Positions 48,270 to 62,106 of a DNA stretch of 64,000 nucleotides are shown piece by piece. Position 1 is the stretch's first letter. Every line of letters begins with the position of its first letter. The translations under genes were made by a program, and so were the position numbers. Origin of the DNA: the human T2T-CHM13v2.0 reference genome, Homo sapiens; NCBI RefSeq assembly GCF_009914755.1, contig NC_060936.1, one strand, 5' to 3'. Below the pieces are notes generated by a model. The model searched no databases. It was not told the origin of the DNA and worked only from the letters and a program-made list of their open reading frames with translations.

Positions 48270-49050
48270 GTGCAGTGGAATATAAATAGAGGTGGTGTGA
48301 GGTCTGCAGCCAGGGAGACCCAGGTACAAAGCCAAATCCCAACACTATCCCTTCCCAGTAATGTGGCCTTTGCCAAGTTACTTAGCTTCTGCTGTGAGAG
48401 GCAGAGTCATGCTTAAGGTCATGGCCTCCGTACCCAGATAAAGGGTTAAAACTCTTCCTTTGCTATTTCCTTGCTGTGTGGCCTTAAGAAAGTTATATAA
48501 CCTCTATGTGCTTCAGTTTCCTTAACTGTAAAGTAATAATAGTATCTACTTCATAGGGTTGTTTGGAGATTAAATGACTCGAGTTCTGTAAAGTGTTTAA
48601 ATTACTGCCTTGCAAGTCGAAAACTGCTTGCTCTTTTATTATTACTAAATAAAAAGGATATAATAACTCACAGGGCACTTCTACCAATTAAATGAGATCT
48701 TGAGAAAGATAGTATATCACTGTTTAGATGTTTATGTGGCTGGAATCCATAGTAATAAAATCAAATGCGACTTGCAAATGATTTTATTTTTAAGACTCAT
48801 ATGAGTAAAGGTTATTAGTGACTATAGGGAAGATAGTGAACAAATTATATTGTGTGAAAAGAGAAGTGGCTTCGGGTGGAAAATACTGGGTACTCTTTTC
48901 GACTTTGCTACTTGCTCTGGCTGTGAGAATGTGAGGAAGTCCTCTCTGAATCTCCATCTTAAAATAGAAATTAGGCTGTACACCTAAGCACAAGATTTCT
49001 ACAATGATCTAATGTAATAATATATGTGAAAATTGGAGAGTGCTAACTTA
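48270..49050 (+). mobile_element. MIR cluster (about 48270-48390, 48400-48620, 48880-49050)
   Basis: Core AACCTCT.TGTGCTTCAGTTTCC..CTGTAAA.T..TAATAGTA.CTACTTCATAGGGTTGT. Confidence 0.75.
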
Positions 49051-50884
49051 AAGGCATCATTTTCGTAATAATAAGTATTATTAAAGATAATATTGTACCA
49101 TTATTAAACTCCCAGGGCCTGATGTAGGTGCTCTTAGATACATCTGAGCTTTTGGGATAAATGATACTTGGCAAACATTTATCATATATAGAAAGCAATT
49201 TTCCAAATGAGAGATACTTTCTCTTTTCGCTGGCTACTGGCCATGTCATGTCTACAGAGAACTCTATTAAGAATGCACAGCTAATGTGAATAGTGCCTAA
49301 GAAAATAAATGCATTGTAGGTAGGAAAGTACTGCCACATCCAAGGCCAAAATGAAATGCAGCAAAAAGTCAGAATTGCTGTCTTATACCCTAATAAACTC
49401 ATAAGGTTAATTTGCACATCTTGTTTTTTAAGCTACTGACAACATTGTGAGTCACACTTAGCAGTTACCATTAGGCCTGGGATTTAGAGGTACGGAGTTG
49501 AGACATAAAGGGATTGAGCTCAGTATAGCTGAATCTTTTCCACTGATGGCCCAAGAGAGAGATTCTTTTCATTATTAGCAAGTGCATGAAGGTATGGAAG
49601 AAGCACACTAAAGTTCAGAACTAGAATTTCAAATGACATATCTCAATTAGAGAAAATGCAGAGACAAAATTAGCATCCTCTCAGCAAGTTTCCCTGAAAT
49701 CTGGGAAACTAGAGGGAGAAGAGGTAAAAGAGTCCACAAATGTAAGATGGATAGATCCTGGGGTCCTAGAGACAAGCAGCTGAGTAAGAGAGCACCATTC
49801 AGTTTAAGAACAAAAAAAAAACATCACAGAGCAGAGATTATAGGGCCAACCATTTCCCTGGTCATGAATAGGTTCGTTCCGCAACACTCTGTGCAAATTC
49901 TGTACTTCACAAATAAGGAGAGAGGTTGGAAACATGATTATAGGGGTTGAGAATTAAATTTGTGACAGAAAGATTAAAAGGAGTACTGGGATTCAGTCTA
50001 AAGTAGAGAGCAATGGAAAATAATGGGAAATTAATATTCTTCATATAAAGAGCTTTCATTCTAAGAATATGCCTGGAGGTTTTCTTTGGGAAAATCCTGA
50101 AAGGAAATGGTTTAAAGTTGTTTTGTTTTTTTAAATGAAGTTCAACTAGTTATATAATAAGGAAGGATGTAAATGTGACATAGTAAACAACAAACGTTTA
50201 TCAAGTTCCTAAAATGTGATGAGTCTCTGATTCCTGTCTTCAAGGTCCTCACCATCTGTCCAGGGAGGTGGTGAGTACCGTGTGGACGGTGTTGGGTGAG
50301 GGAATGAATGAACTGGTATGGAAAGAAAAGGGGAACATACCTAACCTAGGAAAGGTGCTACCTTAGTCAAATTTTGAAGGTTGTGTAAGGCAAGGCAAGG
50401 CATTTAAGGAAGAAGAAATGGCAAAAGAGCTTGAGGTGACATGGGGTGCTTGTAAAATTAAAATATAGCTCAAAAGTATAGGCATACAGAATACAAGACA
50501 GGACCAAAAGTTAAAGTGGTCTCATTTATTGAGTTTTGATTTGTACGACATGCAATTTTCTTTTGTACACCATTTTGGTCAATCCTATAATAACTCTTGC
50601 AGCGTGGTTTTGTTAATCAAGGTTTTTAATGCAGGGTTAATAATATATAGGCCCTCAATTCTCATTGGTTTAGCACAATAGAGATATATTTTTCATCTCA
50701 CAAGGTCCAATGTGGGTCATGCAGCCTGTGACACCCAGAACATGTGGACTCCAAGCACTTCTGCTCACAATCTATGGGGTAGAACATCACATATTCCCAA
50801 CTTCACTGCAAGAGAGGAAGGAAGATGAAGAGAAGCACATGTGCATTTGGTGAGCACTAATGATCTTTGTTCTGGGTAGGAACT

Positions 50885-51435
50885 TGTATTAGTTATTTAT
50901 TGGTGCATAACAGTATTACCACAACCTTAATGGCTTAAAAAAAACACATTTTTATTATCTCGCTTTCAGTGGGTCTGGATTCCAGGCACAGCTTATCTGG
51001 ATTCTCTGTTTTCAAGTCTCAGAAGGCTGCAATCAATGTGTTGGCTGGGGCTGCAGTCTCATGTGAGGCTTGATTGGGGCAGGATCTGTTTCCAAGTTTA
51101 TGTGGTTGTTGTCAGCATTCAGTTCCTAAGGTTGTAAGACTGAGGTCCTCAGTTTCTTGCTGGCTGTCCACTGGAGGTCCCCATTAGTTTCTTATGTCAT
51201 GGTGGGCCTTCCCAACATGGCAGCTTCGCTTTTCAAAGGGAGCAAAGGATAGTCTCCCAGAAGACTGATGTTGCAATGTTATATAACAATGGAAGCAATA
51301 ACTCATCATCTTTGCTATATTCTATTGGTTAGAAACAAGTTACACATCTTGCTGACACTCAAGAGGAGTATATTTCACAAGGTTGGGAGTATCAAGAGGT
51401 GAAAACAATTTGGAGCAGTCTTAGAGTCTGCTCAT
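50885..51435 (-). mobile_element. MLT1E/F-like MaLR solo LTR, next to an MLT1J-like piece (about 50610-50880); together they split a MIR
   Basis: TGTATTAGTTAT.TATTG.TGCATAACA..AAGGCTGCAATCAA.GTGTTGGCTGGGGCTGCAGTCTCAT..TTCTATTGGTTAGAA.CAAGT. Confidence 0.82.
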
Positions 51436-51599
51436 GATCATAGTACTATTATTATATCCCTATTTATCAGAAAAGGATATTGAGGCACAGGAAGATGAAA
51501 TGATTTGTCCAAAACCTCACAACAAGTAAGGAGTAGAGCTGGAATTGTATTTCATTTTATTGTAAAACCCATATTTTAAACCATTACACTGTACTACCA

Positions 51600-52600
51600 G
51601 ACTATGAAGAGTTTTCTGTTGTCATAAGAAGGTTGGATTTTTGTTTCCCATAGATGATGGAAAATAACAGAATCAGATTTTCATTTTAAATAGATCAATT
51701 GACTCTCAAGATTGCATTTGAAAAGGTAAGACTAAAGGCAAGAGCCAATTTAGGAGATTCTCACCAGAGTTCAGATGAGAGATGATGAGATCTTCAAGTG
51801 GAACACTAATATAAGGGATGGAGTGGAGGAGGCATCGTCGCAAAAATATTGAGGATGTGGGTAAAATTTGCAGGACTTGTTGATTCAGCGTTGGTGGTGA
51901 GGAAGAGAGACTATTCAAGGGTGAATCCTCAAATACTGACAGGTTCAATCATGATTTTCCCTCTCTTCTTTTACCACACTTCTCCTCATCCACTATACTC
52001 CAATTTTATCTTGTCTTATTCCTATTTCTAGGACACATTAAGCTTATTCTACTTCATGGCTTTTGCACTTGCTGGTCTCACTCCCTAGATCACTCTCTTT
52101 CCCTAAATCTCATGGCTAGCTGCTCCTTCTCTCTTAGGCTTCACCGTTCTCTCCACCAAATCACTGTTTTATTTTCTGCATAGCATGTATCATTAGCTAA
52201 AGCTATCTTGATATTTTATTATTGGTTTTTCTTTCCTTGCTAGTAACATAAACCCTTTGAACACAGGGGACTCCTTTGTGTTGTTCATCTTTGTAAGCCC
52301 AGGACCAAGAACAATGCCTGACATGTAGTAAGGACTCAGTGCACTAGAATGAATAAATAATTGCTTGACCAGGAGCAAATGGAGAGGAAACGTATTGAGG
52401 CATCTTAGAGGTCAAACAGCAGGCAAAGCAGGATGAGGTGTAAAAGATCTGAGAGAATAAAATGTTGTAGAGCAAGGGGGACTCCTAGAATGAAAAGTTT
52501 TAGAGAAAAATATCTGGAAAATAGTAATGGATAAGTTGTGACCACAGGAATTGATGGCAGATACAGAATAGAGGTGAATGTCACTAGAATGGGAGAGACC
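51600..52600. mobile_element. L2 fragments in both orientations (sense 3' end at about 51990-52365 inside an antisense L2)
   Basis: TTTGCACTTGCTG; AGAACA.TGCCTG.CA..TAGTA.G.ACTCA..GAATGAAT; flanks show antisense L2 motifs. Confidence 0.7.
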
Positions 52601-54673
52601 AAGGGACTGTGGGGCCAGGCTACTGACTCAGAGCTCTTCATGAAAGGCAATATGTTATGGCAGAAGAGGGGACCCAACAGGACTATGAGCATGGTATGGT
52701 CTTTGCTGATTGAAAGGGAAGCATCTGGACCTGATTGATGGGGAAAAGAACAAAGCTGATTGGGTAGGATTGCAATTGTTCTAAATGGGAGTTGATTTTT
52801 GATGATGGTAGAAATTCCAAATGGTCTTAACAACATGAGGTAGGCTCTGTTGCTATCCCTGTTTACAGGTGAGGAAAGTGAAGAGTAGATGAAGGAGTAA
52901 AGCAATTTGCTCTAGGCCAGACAATCTGAATCCAGGGTCTACATTTTAAATCATTATATAACTTAACCTTGGGAGCTGATCTCAGTTCAGAACTCATGAC
53001 CCTTGACTCACATCCCAGATTTACTTCGGAAAGTTAAAAAAAAAAATTGTATAGTTTAGAGAGTAACAAGGCTAACCCACTCTTTTATAGTTCATTCATT
53101 TATCCCCAAATATCTATTAAGCTCCTACTCTGTATCAGGTAATGTGCTTATCATTTTATATTTAATATCCTTTTAAATAGTCTCAATCACCATATTAGGG
53201 CATTGTTAAGAAGTATTATTTATTTAAAAATTATACACTTATATAAATATATATAAAATTTATTTAAAAATGATTTTAGTATCTCCTACAGTGCTTGGTA
53301 TAAAGTGACTCCTCCATAGATTCCAGTGAATTTACTTGACTTTAACATGTTTACAACAAGAGTGGTTGAACTGAAGGATGGTACCAGCACAGGTACTCAG
53401 TCTATGGCCTTTGTTCACGTAGCACTTTCTTCCGTAATTCTAAAAATTTTCTACCTGAGCACCACCTATGAAGGAGCTGCAAAATTCATTTAAATAGAGC
53501 CAAAAGTGATAGTTCAGCAGCTTCTGGTCCAAAAAATTTACATTTCTCCACCTATCAAATTATAGAGGGAGAGATGCCAAACTTTTATAGATTTTTAGTT
53601 CCATCAAATTAGTTTATTTTCTCTCTGCTTGCCAACCACAAAGTAAATTCTCTATCCCAATGAAAGCTTTATTGTTACAGGTATCATCCAGTCCCTAAAG
53701 ACATCCTGAAATCATTCTGATCTCAGCAATTCCTGTTCTCTGCATACCCTTTTCAGACTGATCTTGTGAACACACTTCACTATTATTATTGCCTTGAGCA
53801 TCTGTAACACTTTCTGGGATATGTATGAGATCACGCAGATCACTGAGGCACAAAGCTTCCAAAGTCAATGATGATGTAGTTCAGTTCTAGCATATCAACA
53901 ACAGAGCCTGGTTCCCAGTAGGAATGTAATGCAGCCTCTTGACTTGCCTTTTCTTTATCTCATCCTTCTCTGTGAGATAGGATAGAAATGCAAATAGAGG
54001 TGAGTGTTCCCAGCTTTTCTCTCCACCAAATAAATTCAATTCTCTTTCTGCTACTGCTCATTTCTTTCCCCTCCCTCTCCTCTTGAGAATTCACTGACTG
54101 GTCCTATGATTTGTTGTGAGGCAGAATTAGGAAAATGGGTTGGAGGCTAAATGTCCCATCCCTATGAAACACTAGTGAAAAGTAATATGGAATTTTCTTT
54201 CCCAGACGCTCTTCTGTAGGGGGCAGCTGGCACTTGGAGAGTATGCAGGGGTGTGATGACAATGACGCGCTTGGGGTGGAGGTTGGGAAAGGGAAGAAAA
54301 ACAGATGGCTGGAAAGTAGAGAAAATGGAGGAAAGGAGGTGAGTGACAGGCCCTGGGAGATGCAGGGTGTTAAAAAATATGAGAGGAAGAGAATTTTAGC
54401 AACAGTTGCCTTTGAATTTTGTCTTCTTCAAGAAATGTGAATATCAGGTTTGAATTCCTATCAGACTCTCCTTTGAATGTGATCCATTTTGAAGGGCCCA
54501 CGTGGCCCATAGTTATAATGAGTGATGCACACAACAGGCATTTGTGAAACGTGCCTGGTGATCCCAAATATTATTATGCAGCACAGAAGATAAAAGTAAA
54601 TAAATCACGGTAACAGAGACACGTATAGTTTAGCTAAGGGATAAAATGACAATATTTGTACATCAGTTTATAG

Positions 54674-55597
<924 letters not shown>

Positions 55598-58500
55598 TAT
55601 CTCTATTTTAGAGGTAAGGGATCTGAAGGTCAGAGAAGGCTTGACCGTGGCTTTCATCTAGTAAGTAGCAGAGTTAGAACTACAGCCCATTTGGGGAGCA
55701 CCAAAGCTTGTCCTCTTTCTGCTTTCTCATACTATCTCTGAACTGAGAGGGAAAAATGGAACACTAGACAGAAACCTTCAAGCAGAGGTCCAAATTACGA
55801 TGTATAAGTTGGGTTTTTTAAGATTACAAGAAGCAGAGGTACCCAGGTTACCTCTGTGATAAGGGTTTGTGATTCAGGGTTATGTCAATTGGCATGAATT
55901 GTCATCTCCTTCTTGGCTGTGCAATCACTCCTGGTCCCACCTACCTCATACTTGGCTAGAGAGGCCTCAAGGAGAAGAACAACATCTCTACATGCTTTGG
56001 AATACACCTTCCATCCCTGCATACTGTGGGAACTCCTTCTTCATATGAAAGATAATCTGATTGAGTCAGTCTTTTACCATTCCATATGAAAGCCCTTGAT
56101 GCCAAGATTTCAGCCAGAGTCCAGTGGAGGTTTTTGGTCTCTTTCATGCCCAATCTTACCCATGAGTGATGCTGGCTTAGGCAACAGTCCTGGGTCAATC
56201 AGTGGTGACCAAGGTAGCAGAGCTGGTTATACTCTCTGAATATGGCTCAAGATGTAGTAACTCAGTGCACCGAGAACCTCTAGAGCTGTTTTCCTTCAGA
56301 AGAGAGCTTGGAGTATGTCATGCAGGTGGCTTCATGAACATTTTGCTAGGGGCTGGACCAATGGGGTACAATGAAGGAAAGACTGACTCAAAGGCTGATG
56401 ACACCCAGGAGCCCTGCCATAGTGCTGTACTTTAAGAAATAATGAATGCATTATCCTTAGTGTTTACCTAGTCACAATAGAATCTCACTACTTCATGTTC
56501 TCTTATATTTTTGTCTTCCAAGCAACACTTATTTGAGTCATTATTCCCACTCTTCTGTCCCTCTGCTTTGCAACTCACAATGTATTGATGCAGATTCAAT
56601 TTAATAATGGAAGAGCAATATTTATGCCATCTAATTTTAAATGATTATGGATGCAGCTGAAAAGCAGCAAACATTATAAATACATCACTTACCATTAAAA
56701 GGTGGCAAATGTCCCTGAAAGAAAAATATTTAGAAACTGCCACTACTTGCTTCACCAGTGTGTTATTTTATTTCCTATATTTTAAGTTTATAAGAAAAAA
56801 CACAAGCAATCTTGTCTGTACCTCAAAGTTTGATTGCTTCCAAAATAAAAATATGTTTTTAAAAAGTAATACAGCACAAACAAATGAACAGTCACTATTA
56901 CATTCAGAGTAATTTAATATAATTCAATTCAATTCAATACCACTGTTGTAAAGGAGGATTAAAGTCTCGACAGCTGCACTTGAAGTATAGCAATTAATGT
57001 AGTTGGAATTCAGGAATTTAAAAACTATCCCATTACATTTTGTTAAATCAAAGGATCTAAAAAACAGTTGTTGAATCATTATTGGATTAACAGAGGATTG
57101 TTGATGTTACATCATTTAAATCATAGGTCTTAATCCCTATAATAAAGTCAAGCATTACAGTGTTTGCAAAGCAGAAAAAAATCCCAGGAGTCGGGAGATC
57201 CATTTCAGCAACACTTCCCTGCTGTTGAGTTGGCACCAACTCACAGCAGTCTATGGAATGTGTTGATAATGTGTTTGGCCAGGGACGTCAGGGTTATTGG
57301 GGCTAGACTTATGGGCACAAAGTGATGGATAACCCCTGGACTGTGATTTGAGGGATTCTGGAAAGAGTATCTTGATCAAAATAATACCATCTGCCCTATG
57401 TCAGGATGTCCAAAATCCAGCCATTGGGGTTATAGTCCTTTGGGTCTTATGGTTTTTCTACACTTTCTGACATTTCTGTTGCCAAAGAGACCTGTTGATT
57501 CTTTCAAGATCCAAGCCTTGCAATTCTGGCCATTGTCACTACATAGATGGTCATTCAGCTAAGCATAGTAAAGCAGTGATTTCAGGATGGATAACCCAGA
57601 GATGTGATGAAGTTTAACAATCCAGACAGTTAAGCCTTTTCCATAATCATATGATATTTAAAAAAAGACTTACTAGCTAAATTCAAGTGCTACCACATTT
57701 AGCAAGATTTAAATGAATAACATGATACCTCTTTACATTAAAATTTCTTATCAATTGCAATTTGACTTATGCTTGGTTTCCAAATTTATGGTAACATTTT
57801 TCTTCAGATTGCACAGTTCTGAAGTTGTATTTCTGAACCAAATTTTATGTAATTGCTTTTCTTGGCAGAGGGAGATTTTTTTTCCTGGCTCCACTTAGGC
57901 TCAGAACTCATTCCCCTCTGGCACCTTCTACTTCTTTTCACAGGCTTAATGGTAAAGCTCCAAGGTGTCCCCTCTTTCTCTGTCCCTTTGACTTCTCTTG
58001 CCATGATTAACTGAAGAAAACCACCAAGAATTTGTGATAATCATGTATCAGATTTGGCTCTGTAAAAGCTTTGCCTGTTCACCCTCAGGATTCAGCTTGC
58101 CATGTGCACCAATTCCTACCGCACCAGTCTGCTCCCAACCCCTTGAGAAAACAGTTGACTGAGATGAGCACAAATCAGTCAAAACATCTGCCTCAAACCT
58201 CAGGCCAACTTCATTTTTCACATGTCTTTTGAAAGATTGAAAACAGAGTTTGAAATGAGTACAATGGCAGCATTTTTTTTTTTTTTTGGACACAGTTGTA
58301 GGACTTCTGGTAGGAAATCCTGCTTCATTCTGAATCTTCCTTCAGCTCCTCTTAAAAACCACACAGAAAAACACAAGGAATTTTTTAGAGTCACAAAATT
58401 TGTTTACAGTGAAATGAGGAGACCGAAAAACCTGCTAACTCCATTTACATGTAAGAGCTGCCAAGAGCAGCTGAAGTCAGCAAAACCCTGCAGGAATCCA

Positions 58501-58899
58501 GGTGGGAAGCATCAGGGAAGAACGGAAAGCAAGGAAGAGTCAGTCCTGGTACATCTCAGAAATCTCCAGAAAATTACTCCCTCAGAAGGGAAGTGTTCTA
58601 CCCTGTGTCAGCAAAAAGAGTCAAACTCGGTATTTGAAGGGATTTATTCTGAGCCAAATATGAGTGACCATGGCCCATGACACAGCCCTCAGGAGATCAT
58701 AAGAACATGTGCCCAAGGTGGTTGGGGCACAGCTTGGTTTTATACATTTGAGGGAGACATGATACTTCAATCAAATACATATAAGAAATACATTGGTTTG
58801 GTCCAGAAAGGCAGGACAACTCAAAATGGGGACTTTTAGCTTATAGGTAGATTTTTAAATTTTGTGGGTGACAATTGGTGAGTTTCTCTAGAGACCTGG

Positions 58900-59992
58900 T
58901 ATCAGGGGAACCTGCCCCTGATAATTCAATGTTATTTCACGTAGGTTCTTTTCTCTTTCCCTAAGTGTCGGCCGGTCTGAGAAATAAAGGGAAAGAGTAC
59001 AAAAGAGAGAAATTTTAAAGCTGGGTATCCAGGGGAGACATCACATGTTGGCAGGTTCTCTGTTGCCCCCTGAGCCGCAAAACCAGCAAGCTTTTATTAG
59101 CAATTTTCAAAGGGGAGGGAGTGTACGAATAGGGTGTGGGTCACAGAGATCACATGCTTTAAGGGCAACAAAAGATCACAAGGCAGAAGGTCAGGGCGAG
59201 ATCACATGGTCAGGGAGAAACTAGAATCACTAATGAACTTCCACGTCCTGCTGTGCAGGCATTGTCATTGATAAATATCTTAACAGGGTTGAAGAGCAGA
59301 GAACTGGTCTGACTAGAATTCACCAGGCTGGAATTTCCTAATCCTAGCAAGCCTGGGGGCAGTGCAGGTGGCCAGGGGGTGTTTCATCCCTATCTACTTC
59401 TGCAAAATGCAGACACTCCCAGGGTGGCCATTTTAGAGGCACCGCCCTGGGAATGCATTCTTTTCCCAGGGCTGTTAATTATTAATATTCCTTACTGGGG
59501 AAAGAATTCAGCGATATTTCTCCTACCCGTTTTCGGTAATAAGAGAAATAAGGCTCTGTCCTGCCCGGCCCACAGGCAGCCACACTCTAAGGTTAACTCC
59601 CTTGTTCCCTGAAAATCGCTGTTATCCTGTTCTTAAGGTGCCCAGATTTCATATCGTTCAAACACACATGCTCTACAAACAATTTGTGCAGTTAATGCCA
59701 TCATCACAGGGTCCTGAGGTGACATACATCCTCAGCTTACGAAGATGACGGGATTAAGAGATTAAAGTAAAGACAGGTATAGGAAATCACAAGAGTATTG
59801 ATTGGGGAAGTGATAAATGTCCATGAAATCTTCACAATTTATGTTCAGAGACTGCAGTAAAGACAGGCATAAGAAATTATAAAAGTATTAATTTGGGGAA
59901 CTAATAAATGTCCATGAAATCTTCACAATTTATGTTCTTCTGCCATGGCTTCAGCCAGTCCCTCTGTTTGGGGTCCCTGACTTCCCCCAACA
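58900..59992 (-). mobile_element. MER11 (B/C-like) solo LTR of HERV-K(HML-8)
   Basis: TATCAGGGGAACC..GGGTCCCTGACTTCCCCCAACA; 6-bp TSD ACCTGG at 58894-58899 and 59993-59998; internal ~88-bp duplication at 59767-59937. Confidence 0.93.
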
Positions 59993-60239
59993 ACCTGGGA
60001 TCAATAGAAAGGAATGTCTGGGTTAAGATAAAAGATTGTGGAGACCTAGGTTCTTATTTGCAGAGGAATCCTTTAAGTACAAGGCTTCAGAGAGAATTTA
60101 TTGTAATATTTTTTTATCAGACTTAAGGTCTGTGTTGATGTAAATGCCAGAGAGGTATAATGAGGCATGTTCGACCCCCACTTCCTGTCATGGCCTGAAA
60201 CAGTCTCTCAGTTGGTAACCTTTAGAAGAGCCCTGTCTG

Positions 60240-60576
<337 letters not shown>

Positions 60577-62106
60577 TCAGATGGTTGGGGGGCCTTGAAA
60601 TTTTATTTTTGGTTTACACTTGCAAGGAAACTGCTACAATAGGTGTTAGATCAAAGAAGTTACAAGTACTGGGAAAGCACGAGAATAAAAATATGGAAGG
60701 TTCTTCGGGGATCCAGAGTTGGCATAGTTCAGAAAGCATCAGCAAAATACATACTCTAAAAGTGTGGGGATTGCCTTAGAAGGCAAGCTCTGTCCCTCGG
60801 TTGCAGTAACTAGTGAAGGAACTAGAGGAGTGTAGGGCTGGTTGGAGAGGCTATCTTGAACTTCATTAAGTTCAGAGAGTCACAGAAATGTGGCTACACA
60901 ACTGTATCATCTCTAAAGGAAACAGTTCTCCACTAGCCTAACAGAGGAGGTAGAGCTCTTGAGTTGCTAAACTAGGAAAGCTACTCTGGCACTTCCTCCT
61001 CCTCCTCTAACCCTCCACTTCTAACCTCTTGCAGACAGCTGATTCCTGACAATACAACAATAATTAATTTTTTAAAAGGAAATGTATAGTACTTATTGCC
61101 AAACACTCTAAGAACATTTGTGGGAAAGAACAGCAAGACCTTTTGATAGACATAAGTTTTTAGGAAAAGGTGCCATAGAGCAGACAATTAACCAATTTTT
61201 CATTAATTAAAAAATGAATAAATCCCAAATATGAACACCAAGATAGACAAACTCAGGGAAGAGAGGAACAGAAAACAGAAGGTGATGGCAGACCTCAGGA
61301 CATAAACCAAGGGAAAAAATTACAGGCATACAAAGTATATTAGAAAGAGCACAAGGGAGATTTGACACTATTGAGACCACATTAAAGGACATAGAGGGTA
61401 GAAATAAGAAAAAAATAAAATAATGAGAAATAAAGTGATATGATAGACAAATAAGAGCTATAGTATTACAACTCTATATATGCTATAAAGCATAGCTTTA
61501 TGCTAAAAAACATAGCTCACATATGCTTAATTGGAATTCCAAAGAAGAAAACCAAAAGAAAGCAACAGAATGAATATTTTCACTTAGAATTAAAGCATAC
61601 TCAGGGCACACTAAGCAAGAGTTGGCCCAGAACCATCAACACTGAGTCACACCTAGGTAAGGTTGCTATCTTGAAATATGCAGCACAAATCCCTTTTGGA
61701 ACCCTTTAAAGATGCAGAAAGGCACAAGGGTGAATAAACTCACTTTTAAAAGAAAGAAAATCAGGATGGCTTCAGACTTCTCCACAGAAACATTCAATAC
61801 CAAAAGATAGCGAAGAACCAGCTACAGTGTACACAAGAAAAGAAAGTGAGTCAAATATTTTACATTCAGCCAAACCTTACTTTAAGTAAGAAGGGACATA
61901 ATTTTTTTGTTTTGCTTTGATCTCATGTTTTAGAGAATTGGATTAATCAATCTGAGTTCTTTCTATACTCACATCAATGTTCAATGCCCCATCTTATTTT
62001 ATGGGTGTGTGTATGCATGTGTATGTGTATATCTGTAATTATGTATTATGAATGTAGTTTGCCTATATGTTTCTACATTAGTATTTGGGTAGCATCTGTG
62101 TAATAA

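Noticed and set aside
52405-52905. 166-aa hydrophobic minus-strand ORF
   Set aside because: Partly L2/MIR-derived; composition reflects a pyrimidine-rich strand; no recognisable domain.
58222-58680. 152-aa ORF
   Set aside because: Crosses a poly-T run, HAL1-like DNA and the MER4 LTR junction; chance ORF.
61479-61518. 20-bp tandem duplication with a small palindrome
   Set aside because: Short, imperfect and AT-rich; indistinguishable from ordinary slippage.
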